Source: Lingula anatina (lineage: Eukaryota; Animalia; Brachiopoda). Taken from it: a stretch of DNA of 64,000 nucleotides. Of the stretch, positions 1 through 10,843 are shown in pieces. The position numbers and the translations under genes were made by a program. Positions within the stretch are counted from its first letter, which is position 1, and every line of letters starts with the position of its first letter. The stretch lies in contig CM120640.1 in the NCBI GenBank assembly GCA_051362555.1, positions 3,348,001 to 3,412,000 on the forward strand. The letters are read 5' to 3'. The notes beneath the pieces are model-generated. The model was not told where the DNA came from, made no database searches, and saw nothing but the letters and a program-made list of their open reading frames with translations.

Positions 1-143
1 ACATTTGGGCTTAAGACATTTTTATTCCTACAAGGGCTTAAGACATTTTTTTTCCTACAACATCCCAACTGTAGCTATGACAACAAGCTGAACACTCTGC
101 TACCATGACAACACACCAGGTCACTATCACCATAGCAACCTAC

Positions 144-3100
144 CTGCTGACTAATGTGGTAATGCCAGGTTCATTGAGGAGACCATCTATCATCAGAGAT
201 ACATTTAATGTAACTGGCTTCCATGTGCCCCCTACATCTGTGCTGTACCTAGATAATTCAAATAGACATTGACCACAATATAACCAAATGAAACTTTATG
301 TTTCCTCATTAATAGCATATTCACAAAAATTGCATTCATATTTTCATTTTCATTTTCATATGTTACAGTGAGATAAACTAAACTAAACTAAACTTAAATA
401 TTAACCCAAGCCAAAGGATGAGTAAATGACAAACACAGATAAATAGTGTTCGAAATTTGGCCAGTAGCGGCTGCTTTTATTGAAAGGTCCCTCTATTAAA
501 GAATGGTGTTAGATATTATATAGCATTAAATAATGTTAATTAGTTAAAATTACGTAATGTTATCTCTTAAAAATAAATATCAAAACAAATAGTGCAAATA
601 TTTTCATTTGTGGGGTTGCACCATAGTTTAACATAGATGTAGACAAAATTTACCTAGAGCTTAAAGCATTATCAAAGCCAAATGCAACACGAGGAAATAT
701 TTTATGTGATCACAGGTTATGGTAATGCGTTGTGAAGAGATATTCCAGGTCATACGTACAATGCAAATCAATTATAACAAAAAGCTGTTGGGTATGCTAC
801 ACAAACTTGTATTCTGCTTTAAAGAAGATTCTGATCATTGGATTAATGACTGTTGATTATTCTGTTCTACTTACTGTATATGTCTGGTGTAAACTCCAGG
901 TTGCACTGCCATCAGTGCCCCTCCCTGGTCCAATATGTTGAACTGATAGTTCCCATTGAGTAACTGAAACAACACAACAGTGTATACTGACTCTTTGCAA
1001 AAGAGAACAGATACCTAAAGTGTTCTTTTATTCTATATAAGAGGATGCAGTAACACAGTGTACAACTTGACATGTGACATTTGAAAATATGTGTTGAATA
1101 TGTGTACTAGTACACATGTGGTTCCTTTAAGTATCCATGACCCTTCCTTGCATTAATCAATTGTGACAAATGCTACACAAACCATGTTTTAAATGCTCCA
1201 ATTTACTTGCAGTTGTTAGAAAATTGAATATCCACTAACCTTAGTCCATGTGTGCCCCCCATCTCTACTGATGTAAGAGTTGGATTTGGACTGCATGTTC
1301 AGATAACCATCTTCATTACCTGCAAACAAAGCACCAAAACTTACTATTTTACAATATAGTCAACAAAAAGATTCAAATATTTAGGTCATAAACACATGCG
1401 TTGACTTCTTGAATGGAGAAACCTTTCAGGGTGATCGTGGGCAAGGGGAGTGGCCAAAAGTTCTTGTAACAAGCTTTCACAATTTCTAATCACAAGCATC
1501 AGTGTAAATACATGTCATAACCATATGACAGTCAAGTTTTCAGGGACTCTAAATTGTTTCTTTTTATCTCTGAATCTTCCCCATAACATACTTGTGCACT
1601 TATCCAAAATAACATACACAAGTTTTCCATAAATATTGGTACCTACCCAAGCCAATAATAATTCCAGGTGCATTTTTCTTGCTAAAGATGCCTTGAGGAA
1701 TAGAATATTTGAAAGAACTGTACATCATGTGCAGGTTCAAGGAACAGTCAGGCTGCAAAGTAAAACAGACAGGGGACTATTAAAAAAAAAGCAAAATACT
1801 AAAATGAAACAAGTTTTTTGCTTTTTAAAGACAAAAGGGTGACAACAAAAATTTTATCTCAGACAATACAGAGGCACATTTGTGAAATAGCAAATTACAA
1901 GTTTTGAAAGTGTTGTACTAACTGTACATATAAGTAAACTTTTCCCTCTATCTTCCACGAAATTTCTAGACATTAAATTTTTAATATTATGTAATTATTG
2001 TTATTAAATAGAAAATGTACTCCTAGTATATAAACATTTTATATAATTTGAAGAACAATAACAGTGATAATAGATACAGCTGACATAGTAAAAGCAGAAC
2101 TTTACCAGACGACACTTAGGGTCTGCTGCTGCCAGACGAGACCAATTCCCTCCTTTATCATATGTTACCATGGTAACTATACCATATGTTGTCCTGACAT
2201 TGGACAAAAACACCCCTGGGGTGCTCTTAATCTGAAAACAAAAGTTAACAAACTTAATACTATCCATATAAAGTCTAAATAATCACATAAAAACAGCCGT
2301 CAACTTATCTCTAAATCTTAGGAGTAAATTGTGAGTGAAATTGCCATCTAATGAATTTCCAATTCTGATTTATAAGTTATAATTTTGGATATCACATAAA
2401 TATCCCAGTGAACAATGTTGCAATGTTATGAATCTAAATGTTTCCATGATAAGGTAATCATTTTCAAATAAAAACCACTCACCTCAATCAAGTCACTGAA
2501 GGAAAAAGTACCAAAGTCCATGGTGACAACATTTTCCAGAGAGAGCACAAAGTACTGGCCTGTGATGTCTGAGAGATAGAGATTGAGAACATCTGTCCAG
2601 TGTCTTACTGCTACAAATACCTGATGTTCATCTGTGTCATATAGCTCAAATTCCTGTAATATAGATAAGATATTTATACATATAACACTGATGTTAAATC
2701 CTTTCTTTCTATAAACATCTGGTCATTAATTTTGGAATATCACTCAAATTCTCAGAGGGAAAAGGTCTAACATTCTGAACAAAAACAAATCATAATCCTA
2801 CAACTTTAACTATCTGTGCTTGGATAAGAATTACTTCAGTCATAGACTGACTGAAAAAAGTTGTTTATTTTGCTCACCACAGATTCCAGTCCTTGTGGAA
2901 AGTAGGCTTTCTTGAATGGCTGTCTTCTGTAGGAAACATACATCTCTGCTGAACGCTGTGTGTTTTTCTAAAATTGAACATCACCACAATCTAAATGAAG
3001 AGGATTTTAATCCAGACCAAATATAACCTCCTACAGAAATGGATGTCTAAAATTGAACATCACCACAATCTAAATGAACAGGATTTGGTCCAGACTGAAT

Positions 3101-6100
3101 ATAACCTGCTACAGAAATGGATTTGGCTTACAAAATATTAAAAGAAGGTTAAATCCTGAACAGAGCTTCTGTCAAAACACTGGGCCTGTTCAGAGCCCAG
3201 TTGTGCTGCAAACTAAGACATGGATCAAATATGACATGACCCACTGAGATTTAATTGCTCTGCCACTGCAGGCATGGTGTATGTGGGAGGCAGGGAATCT
3301 ATTGTCAGTGAGCACCATATTTGTTCTATGGATCAGTTAGTCTGTTGATCAACTTGGTACTGAATAGGCCCTAGCTTATATTACCCATATGACCTTACCT
3401 GTACAAAGATATATTCATTCTGCACCACCAGGGACTCCACTGCTATGGTCCCCAGTGCACTGCTCAGGTCAGTCAGTGGACTACAGTGGACATTGTCCGA
3501 CTCTGTCCACTCTATGATGCAGGTTTTGTAATGCATTTGTCCTACAGACAGAAAATATAGACAGTAATTCTCTAGTATGACATATTTTAAAAAGAAAACA
3601 GTCTACATAGATGCCTTCCCAATTTCATTCAAAATCTATTTCTTTATTCATTCGATGCAATGTACTTTTAATGCTTAAATTGTAATTTTTTCACATACAT
3701 ACTACTTAATCTATACATAAAATACAAAGCAATATTCAAATTTTTTAAAAATTTTGAACAACATCTAATCCACAATCAGTGCACAAAAAGCCAATTACCT
3801 GTCACTGGGTCAGCAATCTCCATGTGCACTGTCAAGTTGTTTGTATCAACACCAGGAATAAACCTGGAATACACAAAAATTCTAAAAATAAAAATACACT
3901 TAAGAACGGAAATATTTCATCACTGCAGATGCAGATTCAAATAGCATTGGAATTGATTAGAAATAATGGAAAATAACAATGATTTTCTGCTATCAATAAA
4001 TAAAGACCAAAACAAAACTGAGTATGAAAATTGTAAGCCCCCCCCCCAAAAAAAATGAAAAAAAAAAAAAAATAATAATAATAATAATAATTAGAATCAT
4101 CAATAATAATAATAATAATAATAATTAGAATCATCAACTCTGCTTTCTCTCTCATCCTTATGCAGGGTACCCTGTTGTGTGTGTGCCACATACCAAAAGA
4201 ACCGGCTGTCTGCTCCATCCTGAAGCTTCTTCCATGTTTTCCCAAGATCTCTGCTTACAAACAACTGAAATAAAAAAATTGAACACCTTATCCATTGACA
4301 ACTGTAACTACTATCTGCAATCATTTTTGAAATAATTTTCTCATTAAAATAAATATTATTGCATAATTACTTATGGACAGCCCTACCAAATTCAAGGTGA
4401 GAATCGGATATTCGACAGTACCCATGATAAATGAATATTGTATGTGAATGTAAATAAATAGTACTATGTAATGGAAACAAAGCTAAAGATATTTTTCATG
4501 TGTATATTTCATTTTCTATTCTCACTCTACACGAAGGATTTTGAACCAGGGGCAGAAATATGAATTCAATTTTCAAAACAAATTCACTATAAAATTGCAT
4601 CCTACCTGTTCCTGGGTGTAGGAGTACCCAAGCAGTACATTCTCCAGTATGGGGTTAAACACAAGACGCTGGGGATTAAACTGTGTGCGGTGTGGACCAG
4701 AGAGCGTCTTGCCCTCATCATCCGTGACATACACTGCTCTGTTTTTTCTGTCGGCAAATATCAGCTACAGAGAGGAAACATAACACATGTATTTACAGAA
4801 CTAAAGTGAACTGTCTTCTACAGGCTGGTGAGGCAAAATTTGCATACCTTGGGAAATTATGCATTATTTCTATCAGTTACACAAGTCTTCCCTATCCATT
4901 TTTTTTTTCTAATTTGTCTTAATATGCTATTGATCCATTTCACTTTTGTTCTTTATGGTACGTGTTCTTTAATTTCCAAAATAAAAAATCTTTAGAAGTT
5001 GACTGTGTACCTTTGTGTAGTTGTTAGGATCAACAAAAAAGCTGGAAATTACTGAATTTTGGGGGGTGATTTCATCAAAAGTCACTCCATAATTCAGAGA
5101 TCTGGAAAATAACACAAACATAAATGGAAATAAATGTTTTTTCTTTTTTTTTTTTTTTTTTTGGACACATATTGCTGTCATCATAATCTGATACAGACTG
5201 AAAAAAATATTTTCTTATCTCCAGATTGCTACAAAGTTTCTATGCATTATGATTCTTTTAAACATATACATGTACCAGTATATTTGAAATTTATTAAATA
5301 CAGATTTAAATCTTTTTTATGTATACTTTAAGTTATATCTAAGGTTTTTAAACTAATTCAAATTCATATTTTAGTTTGTATTTATTCATCAAATCTATAT
5401 CAATTTGGATCAATTACCTGTACATGTATATACCTGTATGTATACAATTACCTGTATAGTGATGAGCTGTTAACTACTCCATCAATAACTTCTCTTGTTA
5501 GTAGAAAAATGGCCTACAATAATGAATACCGTACATGCCAATGAAACAATAACATATGTGCTCAACAAACTGAGATTATTGTATAGCATAAATGTTACAT
5601 TTTTAAACTTGAAAGCATAACACCGAGTTAAATGGATTTGTTGTCTTTTTTTTTAAAGACCGAACAGTACAGCAGTGTACAACACTAAGTAAAATAAAAT
5701 AAGATGGCACTTCAATCTAAACTTGGTACAAACAATTAAGGACAAGCACATATCTTTAGCAGAGATAAGGCTTTGTGAAGCCCAGTATTGAGTGGGATGT
5801 GCACCTTCTCTTAATTCTATTCTACTGCGATGTATTATTGATATGATATTGATATGTTTTGGTAAATGTGTAACTGTTCTCTTGTCCTGATATAACTGCA
5901 ATTTATTTAAGGTATCAATGTCTCCTTACGTTGCTGTCGCTTCCCGACCAATGGACCACGGCCTGTTTGTGGTTCTTGTTTTTAAATGTATTCACGTGAA
6001 CTTCGACATGGGAATCGCTCACTCCCATTTTTCCACGATTATTTTTGGATGATTCTCGTCGTATTCGATTTAGTTCTTTCTCAAGCTTTTCTCCATCGCT

Positions 6101-6223
6101 AAGGGACACAACTCGAGGCTCATAGATGTCATCTCTGAATTTGATTTTGGCAGTCACCGATGAGAAAATTACAACAAAAACAAAAACATTAACAGCAATC
6201 CAAAGGTGGCCTTGAAGAGCCAT
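144..6223 (-). CDS. VPS10 domain-containing receptor, SorCS-like (5' part, 13 exons; continues beyond the left edge)
   Basis: GT-AG exons join in frame: 6223-5930 (MALQGHLWIAVNVFVFVVIFSSVTA signal peptide...VVHWSGSDSN), 5513-5452, 5101-5011 (SLNYGVTF), 4764-4606 (TDDEGKT), 4264-4194 (SRDLGKTW), 3863-3799, 3541-3399, 2967-2878 (YVSYRRQPF), 2653-2483 (DTDEHQVFVAV..NLYLSDITGQYFVLSLENV), 2231-2106 (TYDKGGNW), 1752-1647 (CSLNLH..APGIII), 1319-1240 (SRDGGHTW), 963-875 (LDQGG), 248-144 (YSTDVGGTW). Repeated Asp-box/BNR motifs mark the VPS10 propeller; VHWSG, VSYRR and DTDE.QVF are SorCS-type motifs. Confidence 0.9.
2968..3122. repeat. 79-bp tandem duplication (2 copies) including a splice acceptor of the SorCS-like gene
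   Basis: ctaaaattgaacatcaccacaatctaaatgaa...aatataacc..ctacagaaatggat starts at 2968 and again at 3047. Confidence 0.85.
3182..3371. mobile_element. Degraded palindromic MITE (possibly PIF/Harbinger type)
   Basis: Ends gggcctgttcag / ctgaataggccc with further internal inverted matches (caaatatg/catatttg, cactga/tcagtg). Confidence 0.55.
4071..4137. repeat. (AAT)n microsatellite, duplicated together with tagaatcatca
   Basis: Direct reading. Confidence 0.9.
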
Positions 6224-6940
6224 GATTTTCTGCGAACCTACAATTTTACCTGTTGAAGTTCGCTTTGCCAATATTAAAAGGTGTAAGCACTTAAACTCGT
6301 GTTTATATATTTTAAAATATTTCAGACATTAAACACAGAGCGATCCAGGACGAATAGACATAAGTGCAAGTTCACGTTAAGGTCACCAGGGTCAAAGGTC
6401 ATAGAGGTCATTTGAGCCCACGTTGGATGGTGCGTGTAAAAATTCAGTGCAAGGCTTGAACCGGCGGCGGATGTTTTTGTTTTTCTCTGCAGAGAAAGCG
6501 TTGCTTCGGCGAAGGAACTGGCGGTAATTTCTGTATTCAAATAGCCACTGAGACGGACAGAAGGTAAACATGTTTTCTGTAATTATTAGTATTTTTTCAG
6601 TGATAAATGAAAGTATATAATCTTCACTTTCACTTGATAAAAACATAAACAATGACCAATGTGAGACCATTAGACGGGGGGGGGAGGCGAACTGGTAGAG
6701 CTAGGAATCAACAGGTTCTTATTATTTAGGTTATAATATAGCGATCAGGGCGTGGAAACTGGTTGTGGGTGTTAATGAAAATGTAAACGTTTGGTAGTTA
6801 CAGTATGTGAGTGAATATGGATATCATTCATATTGTACTAAGCACCGGTACTTCCGTCGGTATCCACGTATTGCGTCACTAGGCCAAGTGTTGCATCAGC
6901 CGGTTTCCTTCAGTCGTCTCAGTAGAACTCAAATAACGTC
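6224..6940. promoter_or_regulatory. Probable divergent promoter region for the SorCS-like gene (-) and P5CS (+)
   Basis: CpG-retaining island between head-to-head genes whose bodies are CpG-depleted; AGGTCA-type half-site cluster 6369-6410; candidate + strand non-coding exon donors at ~6524 (gtaatt) and ~6564 (gtaaac); ETS-like ACTTCCG at ~6850 and TGCGTCA at ~6872. TSS cannot be determined. Confidence 0.55.
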
Positions 6941-8547
6941 GGTTTATAATTATAAACTATACCATACCTAAATAATACCTTATGTCTGATGATTTAACAA
7001 GGAAATGAAACGTTATGAGATAATTATTTGCATGCATGTATTCTGTATATATACAGATTGTTCAGATTGTAATGTTCCAGCTCAAGAAATAGTAATTGTT
7101 TATATAGTTTATTAAAATCAAGTGCACTACTGTCTTGATAATTAGGTACCAGAACAACATATAAAACATATAAAATGTACAATACAGTATAATAAGGTGG
7201 AGGTTAAAATATGAAATATAATATGTAAGAAATTCATGCAAATTATGCACTACCAAGCATTTGAGTTTAACTGGATGGAACCGGTATAAGTTGATATATC
7301 TCAGCTTTGTAAGGTTAATGACGTGAATAAACAGGAATTAAGAATGATTTGAAAAATGAATGGATTGCAAAGGTGTGGTGAATAATAGTAATAGTAATAA
7401 TATATAATAATAATGAATGATAAAATAATACATCGATCTATCTGTAGGATGGGATGAAGTGATGAGTGACAGTGAACATCTTATTATGTTTATGTACTTT
7501 TAAATATATAGTAGAATAATGTGGCATCAGAAAAACAACTAAACTTTGTTATGAATTTAAGTGTAAAATAATACCTGATTCAATTTTGCACAGTTTATAT
7601 TTTCTGTGAATTGTAAGGAGGGTTATCTTTAAACATACATAAATATTGTGGTACCACGCACTACAAGGCTTGATACTGCTATGTAGATATATTTAGTTCA
7701 TTTTCTAAGCAACTTACATATGCAAATTACCAATTATAATTCTTGTTCAAAGTAAGGTGATAAGAATGACATCTATCTCTACCAGACAGTCTGATCTTAA
7801 GGGTTTAATATTAAAGTTCAGTGGTTGTTGAGATGGGTATAGGAACAGTTGCATTCAATATTTATACTAATGAAAATGGGGCAGATGAAAATAATAATAA
7901 TAAATACACAGAATACAAATTGGGTAACACTTGTACTAGAAAAAAATAACTATAAGATGTATATATGTCTGGTTGATGACATGGTGGCAGAAATAAAACT
8001 ATGCATTGCCTCCCACCCACTCACCCCCTCCAAACACTGTACTGTAGCCTCTCTATACAACCTTTGTACCCACTCCTAAACTCTGTTTACATGTCTGGCT
8101 GAGGTGAGGTAATTAATCTTATATAACAAGGCTAGTAATTTCTTAAAGGGACAAATGATGAAATATTGGCACTAAAACTATTATTCACAAGTTTTCTTCA
8201 ACTGTTTCTTAACACTAACTCAATCCTCACTATTTAATATAGTGTTAAAGTGTTTTTTAAATACTACAAAATATTCATTTTAAATATAATTTTTTCTACC
8301 ATTGGCCAAGGAAACAGGGGTTAAAATGAAATATTTTAAAAAGGGCTTTTAGATATGATGAGCACATGCCATTGAAATAGTGAAAGGGAAGATTACATGT
8401 AAAGGTGTACAGTAGGTGTTCCATTTACTGCCTCTGTAACCTATTTGTCTGGATACTTACCCCAATATTGAAATTGTGACACAATTTAGGTGACCTTTTA
8501 CTTGGCATGCAGTCAGTTCATGACAAATGGTGCAAGGTGCAACAATA

Positions 8548-9300
8548 TTATTATTATTATTATTATGTTCCTCCACCCTTTTATCTATCCTTGGGGACAG
8601 ATAGCCCTACTTTTTATCAATGCTCATGATAGTCCATTTGTTTGCTTGTTTATTGTGCAAAGAAAATATATCAGCTGAAGGCCCACATTTATCTGCCATT
8701 GTGTTAATTTTTAATTTTTTTCTTATTTCATAAAAGTTTATTATTATTATTATGTTCCTCCACCCTTTTATCTATCCTTGGGGACAGATAGCCCTACTTT
8801 TTATCAATGCTCATGATAGTCCATTTGTTTGCTTGTTTATTGTGCAAAGAAAATATATCAGCTGAAGGCCCACATTTATCTGCCATTGTGTTAATTTTTA
8901 AATTTTTTCTTATTTCATAAAAGTTTATTATTATTATTATGTTCCTCCACCCTTTTATCTATCCTTGGGGACAGATAGCCCTACTTTTTATCAATGCTCA
9001 TGATAGTCCATTTGTTTGCTTGTTTATTGTGCAAAGAAAATATATCAGCTGAAGGCCCACATTTATCTGCCATTGTGTTAATTTTTAAATTTTTTCTTAT
9101 TTCATAAAAGTTTATTATTATTATTATGTTCCTCCACCCTTTTATCTATCCTTGGGGACAGATAGCCCTACTTTTTATCAATGCTCATGATAGTCCATTT
9201 GTTTGCTTGTTTATTGTGCAAAGAAAATATATCAGCTGAAGGCCCACATTTATCTGCCATTGTGTTAATTTTTAAATTTTTTCTTATTTCATAAAAGTTT
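8548..9300. repeat. Near-perfect 187-bp tandem repeat, 4 copies
   Basis: gttcctccacccttttatc anchors at 8567, 8754, 8941, 9128; each unit begins with an (ATT)n run. Confidence 0.95.
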
Positions 9301-10393
9301 GTGAATGAATGATATTTGTTTGGAAAAGAGAAAGTATCTCCAAAGACAATATTTAATACATTTAATTTTATTAAACTTGATTATCAATAACAGGGGTGTA
9401 CTGCACCTATCTAGACTTATACTACATGTAGCATGCTAAAAGTTATGAGAGTACTTAAGATAATTTTTTAGGGCATATTAGAATTGGTTTCTACCATTCC
9501 ATCATGTACTTAGTTTTGTTATAAACCCAAAGACAGACCTGACATATGGCCCAAGCAAATGCACTGGGGTAGTCAGGCTACACTGAGTAACATGCACTTA
9601 GCCCTATTCACCTTAGTTAATTGCTAGCTATGTTTCTATTAGAGAACTAAGCCTGGAAACTGCTTTCTATGTAAATAGTGCAATATAAAACATGAATGGT
9701 CTTTAAGAAAATCCACACTATGTCTTCATTGTGATGTGCATGCCAATTTATGCTGATGTGACCTTTCTCTACATGGCAATTGCATGTGTTAAGTTCATAA
9801 TATGTGAGAAACAAATGGTGCGTTGTACTTTATACTATCTTAGAGAAAGCGTACAGAACTCGGAATTAGATTTAATGTGTAATTGTGTCTTCTTAATGAG
9901 TTAATTAAATGAGTAAAAGCAACTTTTTCAATTTTGTTATTAAACATATTCTTGAAGGTAAGTCAGGAAGCGAAAGATAGTAATTTAAATTAGTTTGGTA
10001 GAAAATATCATTTATGTACATTTGAAATTAAAGAATGAGGACTAATGTGCATTTCAAATTCAGTGGTTGAGATTTATTACTGCCCTTAGGACATGGATAC
10101 TGTTCAGGAGTTCATTGTGCATAATGAATACTAAAACAAAAAATTTTTAACGTTATAGATTTGTACATTAAAAAATTATTAGTTTGCAAAAAAGAAAAGG
10201 TCAATATGAGGAAACTTGAAAAATTCAGTTTATTCATATTAATGGCTCATTTTTGATTGAGGAAACTTGATTTTTTTTTCAAAAGCCAAAAGAAATAGAT
10301 ATTGACAGTCAAGATATTGGAAAGTATAAGTCTTCCAGTGGGAAATTAAGAAACATTGAAGTCCTTCTCAATATCCTGATCCAGGTCACCATA

Positions 10394-10787
10394 ATGCAGG
10401 CATCAGTTTGCAGACATCACTGCAGATACCTACAGCGCCACGCTCAGCAAAGGTACTACGGCACTAGGATGCCAAGGCCTGCCGTCCTTACCCCGGGGAT
10501 GTTAAGATCTGTCCTGCATACCCCAGGGACTGTCTCCTCCCGGTCTGGTCTTGTGGCAACAGTCAGTGCATTGCATACTAACAGCACACTTCAGAAGAGT
10601 GCCATTAAGTATCGTGCTGACTTGAAACATGGCCGCCGTATTGTGGTCAAGTTGGGAAGTGCAGTTATAACTCGTGAAGATGAGTGTGGTCTAGCACTGG
10701 GAAGACTGGCTTCTATAGTTGAACAGGTTTGTTAGACTTTTTTGTTTCATTTTCTTTTATTTAGTTGTAAGATTTTGGGCATTTATA

Positions 10788-10843
<56 letters not shown>

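Noticed and set aside
6224-6271. ORF-track N-terminal extension of the SorCS-like protein from a TTG start
   Set aside because: The ATG at 6223 has good context (aaaatcATGg) and directly precedes a signal peptide.
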